Below are positions 11,126 through 19,550 of a stretch of DNA of 64,000 bases, piece after piece. Below the pieces are notes generated by a model, which was given only the letters and a program-made list of their open reading frames with translations, was not told where the DNA came from and did not search any database. Each line of letters opens with the position of its first letter. Position 1 is the first letter of the stretch. Location: IMG/VR virus record IMGVR_UViG_3300050120_000361, positions 144,539 to 208,538 of that record. The stretch is one strand, 5' to 3'. A program made the position numbers and the translations under genes.

Positions 11126-11170
11126 ATTTGACATATCTTTCATTTGGTTTCAGTCTCTTGCCTGAAACCA
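11126..11170 (+). promoter_or_regulatory. 3'-UTR element complementary to the tube gene's own start region, followed by a stem-loop
   Basis: ATTTGACATATCTTT (11126-11140) is the exact reverse complement of AAAGATATGTCAAAT (10523-10537); hairpin TGGTTTCAG-N8-CTGAAACCA at 11145-11170. Confidence 0.65.
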
Positions 11171-11187
11171 TTAAACATATACGGTAA

Positions 11188-12864
11188 ATGGCAAAATTCG
11201 GCTACGACGACCACAACTCGTCATTGAATACAAACACTCTGAAGCTCTCGAACGTCTACACGAACTGGGGATACCTTTTCCTGAACGCGGATGAGGAGTG
11301 CCGGGCCCTGATGCAGGAGCTCGTTGACGAGGAGCACGGCGGCTTCGTGCTCGTCAAGCCCCAGGACTTCGCCCTGCACATGCTAGACCTGTTCTTCAAC
11401 CTGTCGCCTGAGATACAGCCGCTTTTCGACGGCTACGACGCCATGCAGATAGCAGGAATGGAGCAGGTCTACAGGACCAATCCAAAGTCTATGGTAATGC
11501 GCCTGGCCGATGACCTAAGGGAGAACGAGTTCAACGGTTCGGGTCAGCGGTTCGCGGCTAACATTTACCCAATGACGCCTGAGGGCTTCTCTCAATGGCC
11601 GTCCGACTGGGCTTTTCCAATATACGTTGACGACAACATGCCAGGCGAAAATGCCGTGCATATCATAAACGAGGTGATGGAGTCCTCAGACCCTGAAGAG
11701 TACGAGGAGTACTACTGCTACGGCGGAGACTTTTTCTACAAGCGCAAGGACAGTCCTAAGTACTGGATGGACGAGGACGACGAGGCAGACGTGTCATTCG
11801 ATACAATCGAGGAGATGAAGCAGTACATCAACAACGGAGGGTGGGAGGGCACCCATGCGCCCGAACCGACCCCAGAGGTAGAGGAGGTTGCGAGCGACGT
11901 GGACGAGCTGCCGGAAGGTGAAAATGAAAGCATTTGGAGTGAAAAGCGTAAAGCATTTATTAAGATAGCCCGGAATGGAGAACCTGGAGTTTGGGATGAC
12001 GATCTAAATGTTTTTGTATTGACCGAAGAGTCAAAAAATGATACTGAGCCTGTTACAGCGGGAATAGTTGACAAGGCCTCTGAGGCCCAGCCTGAAATAA
12101 ACTGGTCCGACACAAAGACGGGGATTTCCGAAAAGGAGGAGTACAGCGCTCTTGTCAAGAAATTGGCTTTCGCCCAGCACAAGCTCGCCAAAACCAAGAA
12201 TTCCTACCGCAAGCCTACTCTTGGAGCGCCGCGGAAGGCCCCTGTGAAAATGGAGCAGTGGAAGAAGGACGCTTTGAAGCGCCTTGAAGGAGAGGTGTCC
12301 AAGGCGCTTAAGGCCATAGACCGCTTTAAGTTCAATCACGCCGGTTTGCGTCAGGTCATGAGACAGCTAAACATACCAGCAGCCTCTTGGAACGGAAGCG
12401 GGATGGTCAAGGAATGGGGCAATTGGACACAAGGCTACAAAATAAATGATGGCGGATGGTCGCCTGAGAAGGTTGACCTTTACCAGATAGGCAAGGAAAA
12501 ATTCCTGAACCTTATAAAGACGCTTGAGGCCAAGGGCTTTGAAATCGACGTTGTAAGCGAACCGAGCAAGGCTATAAACGGAGACAGTGTGGCATACTTC
12601 ACCATAGAGCAGTACCATACTGATGAGGATTTGAAGGGAAACACAAAATTGAATGAGGACGCGCCTGTAAGCCCTTGGGCTTTGGCGGTCGGTCCAGCAG
12701 TAGTGCTTTCTGTAGTGGTAGCCTCAGTGATAAGAGAGTACAAGAAAGGCAAGGCTAAGGCAGAGGCTGGAGGCGTTAAGATGGACGGGGCCACCCGCAA
12801 GAAGGTGCTAGTCAACGCGCTTCAAAAGGCGATACTCGAGGTGCAGAAGGCGCACAACTCATAA
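11188..12864 (+). CDS. KLSN-domain family protein 1 (mosaic, C-terminal TM helix)
   Basis: 'LKLSNVYTNW...LFDGYD' N-domain; module shared with 12870 gene; hydrophobic 'PWALAVGPAVVLSVVVASVI'. Confidence 0.7.
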   Translation: MAKFGYDDHNSSLNTNTLKLSNVYTNWGYLFLNADEECRALMQELVDEEHGGFVLVKPQDFALHMLDLFFNLSPEIQPLFDGYDAMQIAGMEQVYRTNPKSMVMRLADDLRENEFNGSGQRFAANIYPMTPEGFSQWPSDWAFPIYVDDNMPGENAVHIINEVMESSDPEEYEEYYCYGGDFFYKRKDSPKYWMDEDDEADVSFDTIEEMKQYINNGGWEGTHAPEPTPEVEEVASDVDELPEGENESIWSEKRKAFIKIARNGEPGVWDDDLNVFVLTEESKNDTEPVTAGIVDKASEAQPEINWSDTKTGISEKEEYSALVKKLAFAQHKLAKTKNSYRKPTLGAPRKAPVKMEQWKKDALKRLEGEVSKALKAIDRFKFNHAGLRQVMRQLNIPAASWNGSGMVKEWGNWTQGYKINDGGWSPEKVDLYQIGKEKFLNLIKTLEAKGFEIDVVSEPSKAINGDSVAYFTIEQYHTDEDLKGNTKLNEDAPVSPWALAVGPAVVLSVVVASVIREYKKGKAKAEAGGVKMDGATRKKVLVNALQKAILEVQKAHNS

Positions 12865-12869
12865 GCATT

Positions 12870-13727
12870 ATGGAAAGACTCAAACTAAGTAATTTCTGGG
12901 AAGTATGGCCCGAGCTATGCGCCACAGAACCCAAGTTCAAGCCTTTTGAAATGCTCGCGAACGTGTTCTCGACTTCGGACGGCAGGGCGATGCGGGCACA
13001 GCCGAAGGAGTGCACGGACTACCTGATGCGCATGTTCTCGAACTCGCAGCTTTTCAGGGGAATGTTCGGCGGCTACACGGAGCGGGAGGCCGACACCATT
13101 GCCGCAATGGTCGCGGAGAACGGGGACGGCTTCAAAGCGCTTTCAGAAAGGCTCGCCAAAACCTATGAGGCATGGACCGCGCTGGACGGGCCCAAGCGCA
13201 CTACGGACGAGGACTTCAAGAAGTACCTGATACTGGTGAATGAAACCAATATGGCGCAGGAGGCTTTTGACAGGATTAACGCCAAGGCGACCAATGAAAA
13301 GCTTCGCAAGGACCACGTGTTCGCATCCAAGTGGCGAGCCGCAAGGGCCGAAATCAACAAGGCAGAACGCAAAACGCGCCAATTCATTCACAACACCCTG
13401 AACATCGTTAAAGGCGTAAGGTCATTAGGCCTGGAGGCATCCAAGTCGGAAACCACAGCCGTAAAGGGCTGGCACACAATTACCGACGGTTACTCTATAT
13501 CCGAGGGCGATATAGAGCTGTACGGCGGCACGGGCGTGGAGAAGTATTCGGCTATACTGGCCTGGCTTAAGTCCAACGGATACGAGATAGAGTCGACTGA
13601 AAAGCCGTGGCGCTCAGGCAAGGGCATGCGCGCCAACATAAGAGTTAAGCCATGGCACGACGAGGACGCGCTGAAGGAGCGGCACAGGAAAACCGCGGAG
13701 AACATTGACAGATACATAAACGGTTAA
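12870..13727 (+). CDS. KLSN-domain family protein 2
   Basis: 'LKLSNFWEVW...MFGGYT' N-domain. Confidence 0.7.
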   Translation: MERLKLSNFWEVWPELCATEPKFKPFEMLANVFSTSDGRAMRAQPKECTDYLMRMFSNSQLFRGMFGGYTEREADTIAAMVAENGDGFKALSERLAKTYEAWTALDGPKRTTDEDFKKYLILVNETNMAQEAFDRINAKATNEKLRKDHVFASKWRAARAEINKAERKTRQFIHNTLNIVKGVRSLGLEASKSETTAVKGWHTITDGYSISEGDIELYGGTGVEKYSAILAWLKSNGYEIESTEKPWRSGKGMRANIRVKPWHDEDALKERHRKTAENIDRYING

Positions 13728-13755
13728 GGAACACGATACAACCAAAAACACAACA

Positions 13756-15348
13756 ATGGCATTCAAACTTACCAACATATGGCAGCAGTGGTCCCAGTTC
13801 TGGGCGGCAGCCGAAAAGGAGGCGCCCACAGACTTCGAGAGACTTTCCAATTATTGGCAGCCTGACGGCACATACATGACCGAGGAGCCTAAGGAGGCTG
13901 TTGAGGGCCTGCTAAAGCTGCTCGCCGCGAGCGGAAGGCTCATAAACGTATTTGACGGCTACGACCAGAAGGAAAAGGGCGGAATACTCGGCGCCTGGGC
14001 TGTCGAGGCCAACAGGCCCAAATTCATTGACGCCATATGCAAGTCTTTCGCCGATTACGTCCATATTAAGGGCAAGTCAATAGTAGACTACAGCCACGCT
14101 TTCGCCAACGGGTTCGCAGACGATTACGCGCAGTTCCCTGAGAACGTTACAGAAACCACAACTGGAGCGGATGACGGGAAGCGGTGCTTCACCGTTACAG
14201 GTCTTCCAGGCCTGACCTTCGAATTCGAGCAGAATGGTGAGCTCATAACCATAGTAGATGAGGTCGGTGACGATTTGGGGGACGCCTACGACAATGAGCT
14301 ATTCAACACGATAGCCGCCCTGCGCAGGGCGGTACACCCAGAGGACAATGATACGGGGAACCCTGAACTACTTAAGGAACTGAACGCAATACACGCGCAG
14401 CAGAAGCCGGTTCCGGTTCCGCCAAGCGCCGTGCCTGACAAGTCGTCATCGGCCGATAAGGTTGCTGACTACCTAGGAACGGCAATGGCCAAGCACAAGA
14501 ACTGCTACTTCGCCAAAATGAGCAAAGGCGTTCCACTGCCGGAAAGTTCGAGAATACCGGAAAGGATGCTCAAATGGGCGCTGTCCTGCTCGCTCCCTGA
14601 AAAGGGGGTTGATGACTTCAAAAAGGCTCTTAAGGCTATGGCGATACCCGGACTGCGCGTCAGCAAGGGGCCTTCCCGCGGGAAGAACGCTCCGGCGTAC
14701 TACGTTGTTCAGTGCCCGATTGAGGAGACCAAGGTTGAGGCGAAGACCGACGTGATACACCTGGCGTCATACTCTGAGGGTTGGAGCAGCCTCGGCGAAC
14801 AGGACATTGAATACTTCATGGACATATGCAGCCAGTTCCTCGCCGCCCCGGACAAAACAACTTTCTGGGACAGCCTGCGCTTCCAGATAACCAAGCTATT
14901 GCCGGGCGACGCTGAGGACATTGACCAGGCAGACATTGGTGAACGCATGGCCACAGTGAAGACCCTGCTCCAGTACCTCAAGAAGGACCTGGCCTGGGAC
15001 AAGAAGAACACCCGCGAGTACAACTCCAGGGCCAAGGCGATAGCTGACGGCAGCAAGGCCATATCCAAAATATCCGATGATGACATAGAGTACTTGGGAG
15101 ACGCCGACAGGCCGATACTTGTCAAGATACTTACCGACTACCACCTCGGAAACCTCATAGGCAAGGTGAAGCCGAAGTCGAAAATAGTGATAGAGGCCCG
15201 CGACTACACCGAAACCGACAACTCAAACAACAGGTACACGTTCACCAAGACATACGTTGACGGCTACGTGTCAATAGACGGTTCGGAGACTGAATTCGAA
15301 AGAATACAGATTGGCTCGAGCGGCTTCGACCACTTCCCCGAGAGCTGA
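13756..15348 (+). CDS. KLSN-domain family protein 3
   Basis: 'FKLTNIWQQW...VFDGYDQKEKGGI' N-domain. Confidence 0.7.
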   Translation: MAFKLTNIWQQWSQFWAAAEKEAPTDFERLSNYWQPDGTYMTEEPKEAVEGLLKLLAASGRLINVFDGYDQKEKGGILGAWAVEANRPKFIDAICKSFADYVHIKGKSIVDYSHAFANGFADDYAQFPENVTETTTGADDGKRCFTVTGLPGLTFEFEQNGELITIVDEVGDDLGDAYDNELFNTIAALRRAVHPEDNDTGNPELLKELNAIHAQQKPVPVPPSAVPDKSSSADKVADYLGTAMAKHKNCYFAKMSKGVPLPESSRIPERMLKWALSCSLPEKGVDDFKKALKAMAIPGLRVSKGPSRGKNAPAYYVVQCPIEETKVEAKTDVIHLASYSEGWSSLGEQDIEYFMDICSQFLAAPDKTTFWDSLRFQITKLLPGDAEDIDQADIGERMATVKTLLQYLKKDLAWDKKNTREYNSRAKAIADGSKAISKISDDDIEYLGDADRPILVKILTDYHLGNLIGKVKPKSKIVIEARDYTETDNSNNRYTFTKTYVDGYVSIDGSETEFERIQIGSSGFDHFPES

Positions 15349-15409
15349 TAGCGGAAAAAACGCAAAAGACAAAAACGCATAGATAGTTCATTACGCCGAA
15401 CAGACGACA

Positions 15410-15820
15410 ATGGCGATAAGGATAAGAGACAAGACACAAAAACCCGTTGATGCTGGGGTTAGCAGAAAAGACGACCGCAATGGCCAGTCGCAACCCACCA
15501 AAGAAACCAACAAGGACGCACCTATTCCGGATGTCCGTAGCTTCAGAGAACAGGCCATACTGGTCATTAACACACTCGAGTCGGAGGGCATAGACCTGTA
15601 CGACAAAGCAAGAACTCCAGGAATGTATTTGAAAAGGAGGGGGACCGCAATGGTGCCTGACCAACTAATTCAGAAAATTCTATCTGGGAACGACGACCAA
15701 GCATCGACTTTGAACGCGAAGCAGCCAACATCAACGGGAAACAATAGCGAGGCAAAGGCCGGCGGAGAGCAACTCCCGCCCGGCCTTGTCGCATTTCTGA
15801 CAAAGAACAAGAAACCATAA
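15410..15820 (+). CDS. hypothetical protein
   Basis: 136-aa ORF with ATAGATA motif 25 nt upstream. Confidence 0.6.
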   Translation: MAIRIRDKTQKPVDAGVSRKDDRNGQSQPTKETNKDAPIPDVRSFREQAILVINTLESEGIDLYDKARTPGMYLKRRGTAMVPDQLIQKILSGNDDQASTLNAKQPTSTGNNSEAKAGGEQLPPGLVAFLTKNKKP

Positions 15821-15833
15821 ATAACAGCATAAC

Positions 15834-16835
15834 ATGTCAACAGAGAAAGACGAAATCAAGAAGCAAAAACTGGCCGAGCTCGAACAGCTTGAAAGCACCG
15901 CCAAAGGAACCGAACCGGAAGCAGCGCCAATCGAAACCGAGACTCAGCCCGAGGACGAGGACGACAACATAGTGCGCATGGACGCTCCAAAAATGATTGA
16001 CGGCTACCGCATACTCGCAAGGCCGAACATGCCATTCGGCGGCGCGCTGTACCCGCCGTCTTGGACCTTCGCCTACAAGTGCCCAATTTCCAAGCAGATC
16101 GCGAACTTCTCCACGCTCAACGAGCAGGACCAGCCCGCGATAGTGGCTGCCATCGAGGAACTGGTTAAGGCCTGCTTCGTGATACTGGACGAGAACAACG
16201 GACAGACAATAGACACTGGCGAACTGAACGACGGCGACAGGCTGTTCTTCTTCCTGCTCCTGCGCGAATTTTACCTGCACGACAAGCCCATCACGTACAC
16301 CACAATAAGCCAGAACTGGCAGGAGCCCGTACAGGTAGAGCTGCTCGCCTCCAGGCTGAAGTACAAGACACTCAGCGCCGGCCTTCTCGCGTGCTTTGAC
16401 GGCCGCATATTCACGATACCGGTTAACGAAGAGTCCGAGCCGATAGTGTTCCGCGTCCCTACTTTCAAGGCTTCTGGCAAGGTGTTCCGGCACATAGTCA
16501 AGGTGTACCGAGACAGCCAGAACGCGGACGAGACAGAGAGCAAGAAGATGCTTGACGACGAGTCGTTCAACAAGCAGTTCCTGCTGGTGGCGCCGTTCCT
16601 TTTCGTTACCGGCAACGAGACAATAGACGCCCTCAAGACCAAGTTCAAGAAGATACAGTACAATGAGGACCTACTCAACAGCTACCTCACGGTGATAAAC
16701 AAGCTCAAACTGGACAACATGGAGCGCATCGCCTACACGTACAAGGGCTCTGAGGAGGAGACCCTGATGCGATTTCCCGGAGGATGGAAGAACATGTTTA
16801 TCGATAACCAGGCTTTCGGAGGAATATTCGACTAA
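15834..16835 (+). CDS. baseplate hub/tail assembly chaperone (T4 gp26-like)
   Basis: 'GELNDGDRLFFFLLLRE' resembles the gp26-family 'L...D..Y.FL.LR' motif; 'IVFRVPT'. Confidence 0.65.
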   Translation: MSTEKDEIKKQKLAELEQLESTAKGTEPEAAPIETETQPEDEDDNIVRMDAPKMIDGYRILARPNMPFGGALYPPSWTFAYKCPISKQIANFSTLNEQDQPAIVAAIEELVKACFVILDENNGQTIDTGELNDGDRLFFFLLLREFYLHDKPITYTTISQNWQEPVQVELLASRLKYKTLSAGLLACFDGRIFTIPVNEESEPIVFRVPTFKASGKVFRHIVKVYRDSQNADETESKKMLDDESFNKQFLLVAPFLFVTGNETIDALKTKFKKIQYNEDLLNSYLTVINKLKLDNMERIAYTYKGSEEETLMRFPGGWKNMFIDNQAFGGIFD

Positions 16836-16836
16836 G

Positions 16837-17187
16837 ATATGGGGGCCGAAGGAGGAAAAGAAGACAGCATTCCCTACCTGGTCTGAACTCTACTCGGCGA
16901 GCAAAATCGACTGGAACAGCTACTACGAGTCGGCTATAATACTGTCCGTAAAGAGCCACAACAGCTTTGAGCAGATAGAGAACCTGGAGTTCTTTAAGTT
17001 CAATTTGCTGATGAAGTACCTGAATATATACATAGAGAACGAGAACAAACAGCAACAAAGCCCCGAAGACGCCGAAAACAAGAAGGACGAACTAATGCAG
17101 CAGTCCGCCAAGCACATGGCGGAAGCCAAGAAGAATATGCCGAAAGCGCCTAAGATGCCGACAATAAAAGCACCAAAACTGAAGTAA
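16837..17187 (+). CDS. gp51-like tail/baseplate assembly protein; start uncertain (non-canonical start or frameshift)
   Basis: Frame open from 16768; 'IDWNSYYESAIILSVKSHNSFEQIENLEFFKFNLLMKYLNIYIENENK' resembles T4-like gp51 'DL.NYY..NF.L..HHKYS..EIENM'; this similarity begins well upstream of the first TTG/ATG (17005/17011). Confidence 0.6.
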   Translation: MWGPKEEKKTAFPTWSELYSASKIDWNSYYESAIILSVKSHNSFEQIENLEFFKFNLLMKYLNIYIENENKQQQSPEDAENKKDELMQQSAKHMAEAKKNMPKAPKMPTIKAPKLK

Positions 17188-17197
17188 AAACACGGAA

Positions 17198-19027
17198 ATG
17201 AGCAGACTGAACAACCTCAACGAAGCGGTAATAGACACCACCAAATTCACAGGAAATGGCGGCGGTGACTTGAACATCAGACTCGCTAAGAAAGGCGCTG
17301 GAAAGTCCCTGCTTGACGACATTGAGGACGAGGACGCCGGCGCATTTGCGCCCCTTTTGCCTAACGACATTGTAGACACAAAGACAATAGCGCAGAGGCT
17401 CGCTGAAAAGAATGAGCAGTTGGCAGCCCAAACAGTTAAGGACACGAACAGGGCCGCCGAGCTTAAGGCGCTGATGCAGCTCAGGCAGAAGAAGCGCCCC
17501 GAGATAAGGCACCAGAAAACCGAGAAACAGGACCTGAACGCACAACTGCTCGACAGAACCGATGCCGAGGAAATGCAGCTGCAGCTGCAGAACAGGCAGT
17601 TGATACAGGACTACACCGAGGCAACCGGCAACCGGCTCCCTGAAGACACTGAAATGGTGGAGACCGTGGAGCAGATTGAGGAGGCGCTTGACGAGATACC
17701 GACAGGCGACAAGGAGGTCACGCTCGCGGACTTCGACATCGTTCCGACACCAATCCGCAAGGACAAGACGGGCTACACAAAGACCCTCGTAACCATAAAG
17801 AAGGGCTCCGTTCCACAGGAGATGAGCGCGCTCGCCACTGAGGTTAAGAAGCTGTCCAAGGGCGTGATAAGGCACCGCATAATGGACATGCGCACCATAG
17901 CGAACACCAACAAGACGCAGCTGCGCGGGTCTGATTTAAAGCTCGGCCTCGTGTCAATAAACTTCAAGCCCGACGGCGAGAGCCGCGTCAACAAGGGCAC
18001 CAGGTTCATAGTGTCCGTTCCGGAGGACTTCCAATCCTCACGGGACGTTGTCGTGTACATACAGGAAAGCCGCGACAAGACGATACTGGTCCTGAAAGGG
18101 AACACTTTCTCCAACTGGCCGACAATGCAGGAATTCCTTGCCGAGGCCATAGCGAATTACTACCAGTACGGGTTCGCTTCAACCAAGACCATGCTCAAAT
18201 CCAACGGCATAAGCAATCCGCTCCTTGCCGTGGTTAAGTCGGTTTCATCCTCTGGGAGATACACGGTCGAGCCGAAGACGGACGCCGAAGGGCGCATCGA
18301 GCAGCTAACCATAGAGAGCAAGGGCACTGACAACCAGTGGCTTCGCGTCGTGGTGCTCGAGGGGCAGCTTGCTGCGACATACAAGGTCAAGTGCCGTTCC
18401 GAGATTGACACCAATTGGTCAGTGGACATAAACAACCCAAAAGGGCATCCTCTCACCATACTGGACCTGAACGGGGACAAGTTCATAGGCATACTTGACA
18501 AGCTTTACGCGAAACAGGACTGGGGAATGGACTCTGGTGGAAGCAGGGAATACTACATGCTTGCCAAGCTGACCTACCGTGCGCTGAGGGACGCGTTCGT
18601 CAGGATGTGGACTATAGTGGATGAGCCGGAGACCAACGCAATAGGCCTGGTCATTGGCGGCACGCTTTCGCAGAAGGACACCGCAAAGGACATACCAGGC
18701 TCGTACGCCGCGGAGGGCATTATAGGCAAGACCAGCCATTTCGACTACTTCATACTGACCTACCTTGCGGTGCAGGAACTGGGCGGCGACAAGCGCAATC
18801 CGCAGGAGTACATCACCACGGACGAGTACCATGAAAAGTACAACATAGCCAACAGGGGCAGGTACCAGGACAGACCCGCTACCATTCTCAAGAAAGAGGG
18901 CGAAAAGCGCAACTACCACGCAAGGGTGTACAAGTTCCAGCTCGAATACGAAATAGCCGGCAGCAAGCACAAGCTTGTCAACAGCTCATTGGATGCCATA
19001 CTCGAAGAGAGCGGCCTGCTCAAATAA
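17198..19027 (+). CDS. hypothetical protein (likely virion-associated)
   Basis: 609-aa ORF; N-terminal LNEA motif and coiled coil. Confidence 0.65.
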   Translation: MSRLNNLNEAVIDTTKFTGNGGGDLNIRLAKKGAGKSLLDDIEDEDAGAFAPLLPNDIVDTKTIAQRLAEKNEQLAAQTVKDTNRAAELKALMQLRQKKRPEIRHQKTEKQDLNAQLLDRTDAEEMQLQLQNRQLIQDYTEATGNRLPEDTEMVETVEQIEEALDEIPTGDKEVTLADFDIVPTPIRKDKTGYTKTLVTIKKGSVPQEMSALATEVKKLSKGVIRHRIMDMRTIANTNKTQLRGSDLKLGLVSINFKPDGESRVNKGTRFIVSVPEDFQSSRDVVVYIQESRDKTILVLKGNTFSNWPTMQEFLAEAIANYYQYGFASTKTMLKSNGISNPLLAVVKSVSSSGRYTVEPKTDAEGRIEQLTIESKGTDNQWLRVVVLEGQLAATYKVKCRSEIDTNWSVDINNPKGHPLTILDLNGDKFIGILDKLYAKQDWGMDSGGSREYYMLAKLTYRALRDAFVRMWTIVDEPETNAIGLVIGGTLSQKDTAKDIPGSYAAEGIIGKTSHFDYFILTYLAVQELGGDKRNPQEYITTDEYHEKYNIANRGRYQDRPATILKKEGEKRNYHARVYKFQLEYEIAGSKHKLVNSSLDAILEESGLLK

Positions 19028-19037
19028 ACAAAATCAG

Positions 19038-19355
19038 ATGAAGATAGAGAACATATCCCAGGACCGTCAGACCAAACTGATGATGGCCATTGAGGCTAAC
19101 GCATCAAGCGTTAGGCGCAGAAACGTTTCCTATACGATATACTGCTATTCTGATTTCATGGGAGTAATAACCCTTACCGTGTCCGGCAAAAGAGGAAGCG
19201 TGACAAAGGCAATTGCTGTGAACTTTGACTTGCTGCTTGAGCGTTGGACTGTTTTCTCAGATGGCAAGAAGTACACGCTAGACCAGTTGTCCGAACTTCA
19301 GGCAATTATGAAGAGCATTGTGGCCAAGGAAACTACGAACGCGGGCAAGATATAG
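19038..19355 (+). CDS. hypothetical protein
   Basis: ATG after A-rich leader at 19038 preferred over the track's overlapping start at 18975. Confidence 0.6.
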   Translation: MKIENISQDRQTKLMMAIEANASSVRRRNVSYTIYCYSDFMGVITLTVSGKRGSVTKAIAVNFDLLLERWTVFSDGKKYTLDQLSELQAIMKSIVAKETTNAGKI

Positions 19356-19550
19356 CGGGTACGCCCCGCGTTTTGCCCCAAAAACGGCCAGTTTAATTAT
19401 GGAGAAAAAACGTTAACTCAGTAGAAGAATATATAGCTGTGTGGAAATAAACGAACCAAATCTGGTTAATTTTCCCACAAACCAATCGAAAATGAGGTAT
19501 TTGGGTCCTACGGTCAGCATAGAAGAAAATTTCAATCAAATCGGCACTTT

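Noticed and set aside
11128-11133. TTGACA as a -35 box
   Set aside because: No -10 box at a suitable distance; the hexamer is better explained as part of the tube anti-start element
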